Assembly (NCBI GenBank): GCA_016287565.1
Contig: JAEFAM010000019.1
Location: 1-39,224 of the forward strand
Length of the DNA: 39,224 bases
Source: Clostridia bacterium
GTDB taxonomy: Bacteria > Bacillota > Clostridia > UBA1212 > UBA1255
Direction of reading: 5' to 3'
Shown: piece by piece, positions 1 to 7,190 of the stretch
Position numbering within the stretch: position 1 is the stretch's first letter
Layout: every line of letters begins with the position of its first letter
Notes under the pieces: model-generated
What the model was told of the DNA's origin: nothing
The model's database searches: none
The model's input: the letters and a program-made list of their open reading frames with translations, nothing else
Program-made: the position numbers and the translations under genes

Positions 1-622
1 CGTGGTAGTCGAGCCAGAAGAGCATTTTGACCAGGAAGCGAAGGATAGGTCTGGGCAGTTTGGCCAGGCCTTCGGCCACCTTGTCGAAATCGCTGTCCAG
101 CTCCTTGCTGTTTTTGTTGGCCTCCACGACCTTGTTGAACTTTTCGTAGACTTCGAGGATGGTGTCGTCGGGTTCGAAGAACACTTTAATGGCCGTGTCG
201 GGAGAAGAGAGCTTCATCTCCTTCTTGATGGTCATTACCACCTCGATGTTGTTCCTGGAGTAGACGCGCTGGCCGCTGACGAAGCGGTTGACTCCGGGAC
301 GCTGTGAAACGGTACGCACGTAGGCGGCAAGCATTACGTGCAGGAAGCTGAAATTCGTGTAGCCGGACCGGACCATCTTTTTGCAGAAGGCGTCGCATTC
401 GGTCACGTCGAACTCGTCGGCGTAGGTGTTGCATCCGTCGCTGCGGTTCTTCATGATGAACGGCATCATTTTCGTCATCCCGGAAATCGTGCGGAGCAAA
501 CGGCCTTCGCGCCTGTCCCCCAGTCTCTTTTTGCGTCTGACCGGGTGGTACACGCGGGGCTGCTCGGAAGAAGGAACCGCGATCTCAGTCTCTTCAGGGA
601 CGGATCTTAATTCTGTATCCAT
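1..622 (-). CDS. 2-oxoacid dehydrogenase E2-type (CAT-like) acyltransferase catalytic-domain protein, partial; only the N-terminal ~207 aa lie in the window. ATG at 622..620, then it runs off the window start.
   Basis: Not in the ORF track because it has no in-window stop. Manual translation of the minus strand gives MDTELRSVPEE...RLLRTISGMTKMMPFIMKNRSDGCNTYADEFDVTECDAFCKKM..FSFLHVMLAAYVRTVSQRPGVNRF. This is the characteristic start of the E2/2-oxoacid_dh catalytic fold. A GGAAAGGAAAA RBS lies just upstream of the ATG. Confidence 0.5.
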   Translation of the reverse strand, partial: MDTELRSVPEETEIAVPSSEQPRVYHPVRRKKRLGDRREGRLLRTISGMTKMMPFIMKNRSDGCNTYADEFDVTECDAFCKKMVRSGYTNFSFLHVMLAAYVRTVSQRPGVNRFVSGQRVYSRNNIEVVMTIKKEMKLSSPDTAIKVFFEPDDTILEVYEKFNKVVEANKNSKELDSDFDKVAEGLAKLPRPILRFLVKMLFWLDYH

Positions 623-673
623 TGTTTTTCCTTTCCGGCAACGGCATGAGCGTGCGGCCGCTATGACACGGCA

Positions 674-712
674 ATAAAAAAAGCCGTCGCCTTTATTTGT
701 ATGGCACGGCTT
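674..712 (-). terminator. Rho-independent terminator downstream of the CapA-family gene
   Basis: Minus-strand RNA reads AAGCCGUGCC-AUACAAAUAAA-GGCGACGGCUU followed by UUUUUUUAUU: a 10-11 bp GC-rich stem (one bulge) plus a U-tract, directly after the stop at 743. Confidence 0.6.
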
Positions 713-742
713 AATTTTATACCTTTCGGCCTTTCGCGTCAA

Positions 743-2176
743 TCACAACGGATCGATGGATTTCCAGTTCATGAAGTCCAGCACCCGCTGCTTTTCGGCC
801 GGATCGGTGATGGGAGCAGGCTGGAAATTGTTGACGCCGGCGGTGTAAACGTAGCACGGGATGAACTCCGAGAAGGTGGAGACCAGCTTGCCGTCCGCCA
901 CGTTGACCGTGAGCGTTTCCTGGTAGATCACGGTTCGGTTCTCCGGACGCCTGCTGCCGCCGTAGCAGAAATTGCCCAGCGAATAGACGATGTCGACGCC
1001 TTTATAGATCTCCCTGGGCTGCAGCATATGGGGGTGGCATCCCACGATCAGGTCGGCGCCCGCGTCAACAATCTTATGCGCCGCTTCCATCTTCCACTCC
1101 TCGGGGTCGTGTATCTTCATCTTGCCTCCGTGGAAGAAAACGATCTGGAAATCGGACACCTTAGACTGCTCCTTCACCAGGTTCACGATCTCGTTGCCGT
1201 CGGACCTGGAATACAGGTTGGCGCAGATGACCGCGATCTTGAAGCCGTTCTTCTCGTAATAGAAGGTCTCTTCCCATCCGGCGTAAAGCAGCCCGGCGTT
1301 CTTCACCGTCTCGATGGTATCTATCCTGCCCTCGATGCCGTAGTCGTCCATATGGTTGTTGGCCAGCGATACCGCCTCCACTCCCTGCTCGGTGAGGATG
1401 CGGACGTTGTCGGTCTTTCCGTAATACCAGTAGGCGGGATTGCTCTTCTTCTCGATGGGAGGCAGGTCCTTGTCCGTCAGCACGCATTCCAGGTTGGCGA
1501 TGGTGAGGTCGTCGCTCTTGAATATATGGGCGACTTTTTCCAAAAAGTACTTAGGGTCTTCCCTGTTGGCGTGCTCCTTGAATCCGTTTTCGGCATCTTC
1601 GTTCTTATAAGATGCCAGCATGCAGTCTCCCACCATGCTGATCACGATGTCGAAGGTGGAGTCGTCGCCGGGCGTCACGTAGGGCGTGGGATCCGGGGCA
1701 ACGGGCCTTTCGGGCGTGGGAGTCCTGGGCACTTCCGTAGGAGCGGGAGTCGCGGTGGCCGTGCTCGTTGGAGGCGGCAAAGTAGGTTCGGCCGTGGGCT
1801 CCTGCGTAGGTTCAAGCGTAGGGGTGGCCGTGGGGGGCAATTCCGTAGGAACCGGCGTGGGCGTTTCGGTGGGTTCGGGAGCAGGCGTGGCCGTGGGGGT
1901 CTCAGAAGGGGTCAATTCCGGCGTTTCGCTTGCGGGGGTATACTCGATACCTCCTCCGGTCTCCGTTGCCTCTGAGGGGCTTTTAACGGCCTCTGAGGGC
2001 ATATCCGTGGTGATCGCGGTCCTCCCGTTTTCCCCGCCGGACTTTTCTGCGCAGCCCGCGGCAAAAAACGCCACTAAAACGCACAGGACGGCAGCGAGGG
2101 CAAAAGCCGCCGCGGCGCCTGTCCTGTCTCCGGTCTTTCTCTCTTTATTTTGCAGAGCTCTTTTGCTGAAACTCAT
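743..2176 (-). CDS. CapA/PgsA-family metallophosphatase lipoprotein (MPP_CapA domain). It has a lipobox signal peptide and a ~110-aa Pro/Thr/Glu-rich linker.
   Basis: ORF of 477 aa. The N-terminus LVAFFAAGC is a lipoprotein signal. Residues ~60-170 are a TPEPT-type low-complexity linker. The C-terminal ~300 aa (FDIVISMVGDCMLAS...HMDDYG...FFHGGKM...VGCHPHMLQP...) match the CapA calcineurin-like metallophosphatase family. The gene starts 1 nt after the rSAM stop. Confidence 0.8.
   Translation of the reverse strand: MSFSKRALQNKERKTGDRTGAAAAFALAAVLCVLVAFFAAGCAEKSGGENGRTAITTDMPSEAVKSPSEATETGGGIEYTPASETPELTPSETPTATPAPEPTETPTPVPTELPPTATPTLEPTQEPTAEPTLPPPTSTATATPAPTEVPRTPTPERPVAPDPTPYVTPGDDSTFDIVISMVGDCMLASYKNEDAENGFKEHANREDPKYFLEKVAHIFKSDDLTIANLECVLTDKDLPPIEKKSNPAYWYYGKTDNVRILTEQGVEAVSLANNHMDDYGIEGRIDTIETVKNAGLLYAGWEETFYYEKNGFKIAVICANLYSRSDGNEIVNLVKEQSKVSDFQIVFFHGGKMKIHDPEEWKMEAAHKIVDAGADLIVGCHPHMLQPREIYKGVDIVYSLGNFCYGGSRRPENRTVIYQETLTVNVADGKLVSTFSEFIPCYVYTAGVNNFQPAPITDPAEKQRVLDFMNWKSIDPL
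1690..1990. repeat. Imperfect tandem low-complexity DNA repeats encoding the Pro/Thr/Glu-rich linker of the CapA-family lipoprotein
   Basis: Reiterated GGNGTNGG / CCACGG-like units. The translation gives PTATPAPEPTETPTPVPTELPPTATPTLEPTQEPTAEPT. The span is approximate. Confidence 0.5.
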
Positions 2177-2177
2177 A

Positions 2178-3227
2178 TCATGCCTCTCCTCTGGCGCAAT
2201 ATCTCGATTCGTAAATATTGCCGGATGTGTAGAAATTGTATGACCTGCAGCCTCCGGCGCAATATGCGCCTTCGGGGCAGCCGGCGCATTTTCCTGCCAG
2301 CAGTTTTTCGTCGAACTGTCTGTTGTATCTGAAGGAGTCCGGCGAGTACCAGATCTCTTTCAGGGACTTTTCCCGGAGGTTCCCCTCGAAGAAAGAGGGA
2401 TCGCGCATGGACTCGCAGCCTGTGACGTTGCCCGCGGAATCGATGCCTGCGGAGCTGAGCCCGGCGCTGCAGCCGCCGAAATACCCGCCTTTCCTGACGA
2501 GCCTTTCCTCCGGCGTCGCATAACCGATATTGTCCGCTATCGCCACGTCGAAAGGCGCTTCCGGCGCGATACGGGCCACGGTCTTTATGACGTCGCGAAA
2601 GCTGTACCTCACCGCTTCGCCGCTTTTAGCAGCGTTGCCCATGGGGGCGCATGACTGTATCTGCCATGCGAATACGGGCAGGTCTTTCATCACCGAAAGG
2701 TAGAAATCCATGAGTGCCGGAGCGTTGTCCTTCCTGAGGGCCGTTATGACGGATACCGGGATGCCTGCTCCGCTGATCCGCCTGACCGAATCCACCGCCG
2801 CCCTGAAGCTGCCTTTCATCCTCCAGGCGTCGTGTATCTCTTCAGGTCCGTCGATGGACACCGCCACGGATTCGATCCCCACGTCCCGGAGAAAAAACAG
2901 GTCAGCGTCCGCCAGCCTGAAGCCGTTGGTTATGACGCATACCTTGATGCCCGCTCCGCAAAGGGCCGCGACAACGGTCTTCCAGTCCGGGCGCATAAAT
3001 ATCTCGCCGCCGATGAGATTGACGCGGCGCATGCCTATCTCCCGCATCTGCCACACCACTTCCATGCACTCCGCGGTGGTCAATTCCCCTTCTCCCGCTT
3101 TTCCGGCCTTCGAGCCGCAATATCTGCACGAAAAGCTGCACGCCAGAGTTATCTCCCACACGCAGTTCCGAAGAGCGTATGGAAAACCGGGGTCGATCTT
3201 AAATTTTTCCGGGGCCCTGGCTATCAT
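2178..3227 (-). CDS. Radical SAM enzyme with a C-terminal SPASM domain (peptide/protein-modifying maturase class)
   Basis: 349 aa. The N-terminal CSFSCRYC is a CxxxCxxC radical-SAM cluster motif. The C-terminus has the SPASM signature CAGCPEGAYCAGGCRS (CxxCx5Cx3C) plus upstream Cys residues (GGCSAG, TGCESM). The ATGA start/stop overlaps the upstream gene. Confidence 0.85.
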   Translation of the reverse strand: MIARAPEKFKIDPGFPYALRNCVWEITLACSFSCRYCGSKAGKAGEGELTTAECMEVVWQMREIGMRRVNLIGGEIFMRPDWKTVVAALCGAGIKVCVITNGFRLADADLFFLRDVGIESVAVSIDGPEEIHDAWRMKGSFRAAVDSVRRISGAGIPVSVITALRKDNAPALMDFYLSVMKDLPVFAWQIQSCAPMGNAAKSGEAVRYSFRDVIKTVARIAPEAPFDVAIADNIGYATPEERLVRKGGYFGGCSAGLSSAGIDSAGNVTGCESMRDPSFFEGNLREKSLKEIWYSPDSFRYNRQFDEKLLAGKCAGCPEGAYCAGGCRSYNFYTSGNIYESRYCARGEA

Positions 3228-3952
3228 AATTCTTCAGACACGTCTTCCGGCTTTTCGGGCGCCTTTTCAGGTGCTCTTCTCTTAACGGGGGTGCCGCACT
3301 CGGGGCAGAATTTGTAATCTTCTTTCTCGATCAGGCTGCCGCATTCGGTGCAGAACGTTTTCTTGCTCGGGTCAACGGGAAGCACGCCCATCATACCTCT
3401 CTGATCGTTTCTTTTCGCGAAATATTCGGGCCCTCCGTATACCATCATGGGTCCGGGTGCGGGACGTGCGCCGTCCTCTTTCTCTTTTGAACCGTTTTCC
3501 GGGCCGAAAGGTTCGAAGGCGAACGCGTTCCGGGAGGAAGGTTCTCTCACGGGAGCGGCGTACACCGCCACGGCGATCCTGGGATCGAAATCCGCGGGGT
3601 ATTTTCTTCTGGGCCTCTCCCCTTTTCCTCCCTGCGGGCCCATCATCTCGGGTCCGGCATATACGGGAGCTTCCATAACGGGGCCGTCGGGCCTGAGCTC
3701 TTCGGGCAATTTTTCTTCCGCCGGTCCGTTTTCTTCCGGCGTTACGTTTTCCCCCGCCGCCACGGCATCGGCATCGGCTTCGTCCTCGGGCAACGGCGCC
3801 GCGGCTCCCCTTGCGGCTTCCCCGGCCTCCCTCGCCCGTCTGCTGAAAAATTCCAGGCCGCCGTAAACCAGGGCAACGTATCTCTCCGGCTTCTGATGTT
3901 CGGGAAGTTTTTCTTCTCCTTCTTTGTTTTTAAGTTCGTTATCGTCAGACAT
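3224..3952 (-). CDS. Acidic, Pro/Ala/Glu-rich protein with four V-Y-[GA]-[GA]-[PL]-E repeats and a C-terminal zinc ribbon (CTECG...CPECG)
   Basis: The ORF-track start at 3955 is a TTG. The following ATG (3952) has AGGAGG 8 nt upstream. Repeats: VYGGLEFF, VYAGPEMM, VYAAPVRE, VYGGPEYF. The C-terminus FCTECGSLIEKEDYKFCPECG is a classical zinc ribbon. The stop overlaps the rSAM start (ATGA). Confidence 0.6.
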   Translation of the reverse strand: MSDDNELKNKEGEEKLPEHQKPERYVALVYGGLEFFSRRAREAGEAARGAAAPLPEDEADADAVAAGENVTPEENGPAEEKLPEELRPDGPVMEAPVYAGPEMMGPQGGKGERPRRKYPADFDPRIAVAVYAAPVREPSSRNAFAFEPFGPENGSKEKEDGARPAPGPMMVYGGPEYFAKRNDQRGMMGVLPVDPSKKTFCTECGSLIEKEDYKFCPECGTPVKRRAPEKAPEKPEDVSEEL

Positions 3953-4673
3953 CAAGCTCAGCCTCCTGATTTCTTTCTATCTCCGTCACCGTGGCGGTCC
4001 CTCCCGCCACTTTGAATCTCACTTCAAATCCTTCGAATTCCATGCCGTACACCCGCTCCGGATCCTCCTGGTATGAAGGCCTGGGGTCTTCGGCTATGCA
4101 GCCTGCAAGTCCCTTTACGAGCTCCTCAGGCAGCTTCTTGTCCGCGTCCGGGGGCAACACCACTTCCAGCCTGTATCCTGCCCTGTCGTCGCTGTATCCT
4201 CCCACCGCGTCGTCCCGCCTGTCGCTTATGGGAAGGTAGGGCTTTATATCTATCACCGGCGTTCCGGACACCATATCCACTCCGCCGACGATTAGCACGT
4301 CTCCTTCGTCGCTCGTGTGCTCCACGCGGATGAGCTTGACGCAGGACAGGCCTATGTGATTGGGCCTGAAAGGAGAACGGCTGGCGAAAACTCCCACCCG
4401 GGCATTGCCGCCCAGCCTGGGAGGCCTCACTGTGGGAGACCAGTTGTCCCTGTGGGACAGTGAAAAGTCGAACAGCACCCACAGATGGGAGAATCCTTCT
4501 ATGGCCCTCAAAGCCTCGGGGTCCCTGTATTCCGGCCTGAAAACTATCCTGCCGGTGAGTTCCGGCACGATGCCGCTTTGTCTCGGAATCCCGAACTTGT
4601 CCGGGAAGCCGGTGTAGATATCGGCAACGTAATTGACCGTCATACCTTTTGCGTTATCCTTTTCAGCGTTCAA
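3945..4673 (-). CDS. trmO: tRNA (adenine37-N6)-methyltransferase TrmO (TsaA/YaeB family)
   Basis: FGIPRQSGIV...SPFRPNHIGLSCVKL is diagnostic of the TsaA/YaeB fold. A TTG start at 4673 with a GGAGGG RBS is possible, as is the ATG at 4643 (MTVNYVADIY). The 3' end overlaps the next gene by 8-11 nt. Confidence 0.8.
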   Translation of the reverse strand: MNAEKDNAKGMTVNYVADIYTGFPDKFGIPRQSGIVPELTGRIVFRPEYRDPEALRAIEGFSHLWVLFDFSLSHRDNWSPTVRPPRLGGNARVGVFASRSPFRPNHIGLSCVKLIRVEHTSDEGDVLIVGGVDMVSGTPVIDIKPYLPISDRRDDAVGGYSDDRAGYRLEVVLPPDADKKLPEELVKGLAGCIAEDPRPSYQEDPERVYGMEFEGFEVRFKVAGGTATVTEIERNQEAELDV

Positions 4674-4707
4674 GCGGCGGTCCCTCCTCGAAAAGCCCGG
4701 CCGGCGT

Positions 4708-4716
4708 ATTATATCA
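4708..4716 (-). promoter_or_regulatory. Extended -10 promoter (TGaTATAAT) likely driving the trmO/Zn-ribbon/rSAM/CapA operon
   Basis: The minus strand reads ...TTGACGtcgttaTGATATAATacgcc between the DMT transporter stop (4725) and the trmO start. The TGnTATAAT motif is ~27 nt upstream of the GGAGGG RBS. The TTGACG is only 9 nt away, too close to serve as a -35. Confidence 0.35.
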
Positions 4717-4724
4717 TAACGACG

Positions 4725-5801
4725 TCAAAACAGGAACAGAAACGTTGACGCGAACGTTATCGCCAGACCGATCACGGCGATCTTCGACAGCTTTTCCTTG
4801 AAGATCAGGTATCCGAACAGAGAGGACAATACTATCGACCCGCCCGTCATTATCGGGTACATCACCGACGCCGGCACCGATCCGGCGCCCAGCTGCTGGA
4901 AGAAGAAGGACACGCCGTCGAATATGGCGGTCAACGCGATCAGCGGGAACGCGGTCCTCAGCAGCGCCAGAAAACCGTGCTCAGAGGATCTTTTTTCAGT
5001 TTCTTCTGCCGCTTTCGCCGCTTCTGCCGCTTCCGGCAGGAGCGTTTCTTCCGTCATGGCAGGTGCTTCCGTCTGAGGCACCGTTTCGGCCTCTGCCGGG
5101 GCTTCCGGCTCCCGGGCTTTCTTCCCTTTCCTGAAATGCCCCGCCAGCTTGATCACGCCGATGGCGGAAAGGGACAGCAGGCCGTTGGCCAGGCCGCAAA
5201 GCATCACGAAGGACACGAGCACGCTAAGCTGGTCCGACATCCTGACGGCGTGGGTCTTGGAGATGATGCTTACGAAGCCGTTCATGGTAAATACCAGGAA
5301 GCACAGCACCGCGAAGAGTATACGGCCTTTTTTGCTCCTGACCGCCCCGGTACCGTCTTCCGTCTTCATGCCAAGCAGCGGAAAGAAAAGCGAGATCACC
5401 ATAAGGACTATGCCCACGATGCGGAAGGGGTTGGTGCCTTCGTTCAGCCATATCACTCCGTACAGGTACGGCAGTATCATTCCGCCCAGCATAAGGAACA
5501 CGGTAAACACCGACACGCTGCCGTAGTCGAGTATCTTGAACCCCACCATGGTATAGGCGCATACCAGCGCGGCCAGCATGACCGCCATCACCACCGAGAA
5601 ACCCGTGAATTTAGGAGCGCCCCGGAACATAAAAGCGTAGGCGGTCAGCATTATAAGCGCGCTGATAAGATTTCGCACCGCAGAATATGAGAGCGCGGCA
5701 ACGGTGCCGGACCCCAGCTTTTTCTGTACGAATTTATTGGCGACGAAGAAGGCCACCAGCAATAGCAGCGCGAAAAAAACGTATACGTATCCCATGGTCA
5801 A
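4725..5801 (-). CDS. Polytopic membrane transporter, DMT/EamA-like, with a central acidic Ala/Glu-rich cytoplasmic loop
   Basis: 358 aa with ~10 predicted hydrophobic helices in two halves separated by the insertion KKAREPEAPAEAETVPQTEAPAMTEETLLPEAAEAAKAAEETEKR. The family call comes from topology only. Confidence 0.5.
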   Translation of the reverse strand: MTMGYVYVFFALLLLVAFFVANKFVQKKLGSGTVAALSYSAVRNLISALIMLTAYAFMFRGAPKFTGFSVVMAVMLAALVCAYTMVGFKILDYGSVSVFTVFLMLGGMILPYLYGVIWLNEGTNPFRIVGIVLMVISLFFPLLGMKTEDGTGAVRSKKGRILFAVLCFLVFTMNGFVSIISKTHAVRMSDQLSVLVSFVMLCGLANGLLSLSAIGVIKLAGHFRKGKKAREPEAPAEAETVPQTEAPAMTEETLLPEAAEAAKAAEETEKRSSEHGFLALLRTAFPLIALTAIFDGVSFFFQQLGAGSVPASVMYPIMTGGSIVLSSLFGYLIFKEKLSKIAVIGLAITFASTFLFLF

Positions 5802-5834
5802 TACCCTTTCGTTCCGTTCCCGTCAAGGTCCGGC

Positions 5835-7046
5835 TTATTTCGCGATCATCAGCTTTTTAATGATCTCCACGCACTTTCTCATATCGTCTGCGCAGACGAA
5901 TTCATACCTGGAGTGGAAGTTTTCTCCGCCCGTGCAGAGGTTGGGGCAAGGCAGGCCCATATATGAGATCCTGGCCCCGTCGGTGCCGCCTCTTATGGGA
6001 ACGCTCACCGGCTCCACGCCGCATTCGCGCATTGCCGCCTCCGCCTTTTCCACCACGTACATCTTGTCCGCCAGCACGTCTTTCATGTTGTAGTAGGAGT
6101 CTTTTACGATCAGCTCCACGGTGCCTTCGCCGCGTTTGGCGTTCAGCTTGTCCGCCAGCTCTCGCATCAGCTGCTTTTTGGCCTCGAACTTCTCCTTGTC
6201 GTGGTCCCTTATTATGTACGACAGTTCGGCGTATTCGGTGCCGCCGCTCATTCCGGTGAGATGGAAGAAGCCCTGGTACCCTTCGGTCTTTTCAGGCACC
6301 TGGCGCTTGGGCAGCATGTTGTGGAACTCGCAGGCAATGGAAGCCGCGTTGACCATCTTGTTTTTGGCGCTGCCGGGATGTATGGAGATGCCGCGGACAA
6401 CAACTTTCGCGGAGGCCGCGTTGAAGTTCTCGTATTCCACTTCGCCCAGCGTGCCTCCGTCAACCGTATAAGCGTAATCCGCTCCGAATCCCCTGACGTC
6501 GAAATGATCGGCTCCCCTGCCTATCTCTTCGTCGGGAGTGAAGCACACGGAGATCTTGCCGTGCTTCTCGCCGCTCTCTATGAGCTGCTCCAGGGCCGTG
6601 ACGATTTCGGCAACGCCGGCCTTGTCGTCGCCTCCCAGAAGCGTGGTCCCGTCGGTGACGATAATATTCTTGCCCTTGTATCTCGCAAGGCAGGGATAGT
6701 CGGAGGCTTTCATCACCACCGGCCTGTCTCCGGTACCGCCGAGTACAACGTCTCCTCCCTCGTATTTGAGTTCCCTGGGCTTTATTCCCGTGTCAGATAC
6801 TGCGTCGGAGGTGTCCATATGGGCAATGAATCCCACCCGCTCTTTGATCTTTTTCGTGTTGGGCTTCAAAAAGCCGTACACGTATCCGTACTCGTCCAGC
6901 TTCGCTTCGAGCCCCAGCGCCTTCAGCTCCTTTAGAAGCACTTTCGCCAAAGCCAGCTGCTTTTCGCTGCTGGGACAGGTGTCGGAATTTTCGTCCGACA
7001 TGGTGGGATAACTTACGTAATTCAAAAACCGCTTGATCAGGTCCAT
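5835..7046 (-). CDS. pepT: Peptidase T (tripeptide aminopeptidase, M20B)
   Basis: MDLIKRFLNYVSYPTMSDENSD...GFIAHMDT...GGDDKAGVAEI..., with the M20 metal-ligand motifs. The ORF-track start at 7118 is a TTG that adds 24 residues. The ATG at 7046 aligns with canonical PepT N-termini. Confidence 0.85.
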   Translation of the reverse strand: MDLIKRFLNYVSYPTMSDENSDTCPSSEKQLALAKVLLKELKALGLEAKLDEYGYVYGFLKPNTKKIKERVGFIAHMDTSDAVSDTGIKPRELKYEGGDVVLGGTGDRPVVMKASDYPCLARYKGKNIIVTDGTTLLGGDDKAGVAEIVTALEQLIESGEKHGKISVCFTPDEEIGRGADHFDVRGFGADYAYTVDGGTLGEVEYENFNAASAKVVVRGISIHPGSAKNKMVNAASIACEFHNMLPKRQVPEKTEGYQGFFHLTGMSGGTEYAELSYIIRDHDKEKFEAKKQLMRELADKLNAKRGEGTVELIVKDSYYNMKDVLADKMYVVEKAEAAMRECGVEPVSVPIRGGTDGARISYMGLPCPNLCTGGENFHSRYEFVCADDMRKCVEIIKKLMIAK

Positions 7047-7190
7047 AGATTCACCCTGCCTTTCCGGCCGCGGCACTTCTTCTAACGCCGCTTCCGTTTT
7101 GAAAAAATCCGGCAGCAACCGATGATTGCCGCCGGATCAGCATGTTTTTTACTTGATCTGGATCCTTCGCTTCCGAGATCCGGAGGACGG

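Noticed and set aside
1690-1990. Repetitive DNA inside the CapA gene, and the poly-Ala codon run near 27100-27130, considered as possible CRISPR/VNTR arrays
   Set aside because: The repeats are imperfect, in-frame and coding (a PT-rich linker and an Ala tract). There is no repeat-spacer periodicity and there are no cas genes.
743-2176. The CapA gene as part of a poly-gamma-glutamate capsule (capBCA/pgsBCA) operon
   Set aside because: No capB (an amide ligase) or capC is present in the window. The flanking genes are rSAM and an E2-like acyltransferase.
2178-3227. The rSAM/SPASM protein as an anaerobic sulfatase-maturating enzyme (anSME)
   Set aside because: There is no sulfatase gene or C/S-x-P-x-R target motif in the neighbouring proteins (the CapA protein has CHPHM, not CxPxR). 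It is kept as a generic SPASM maturase.
4708-4728. TTGACG upstream of the TGATATAAT element, as a -35 box
   Set aside because: It lies only 9 nt from the -10, which is incompatible with the 16-18-nt spacing. The extended -10 motif alone is retained as the promoter candidate.
7119-7190. An imperfect hairpin (CCAGATCA...TGATCCGG) between pepT and the SPFH gene, as a terminator
   Set aside because: The stem is mismatched, the U-rich run lies in the loop rather than after the stem, and no U-tract follows on either strand.
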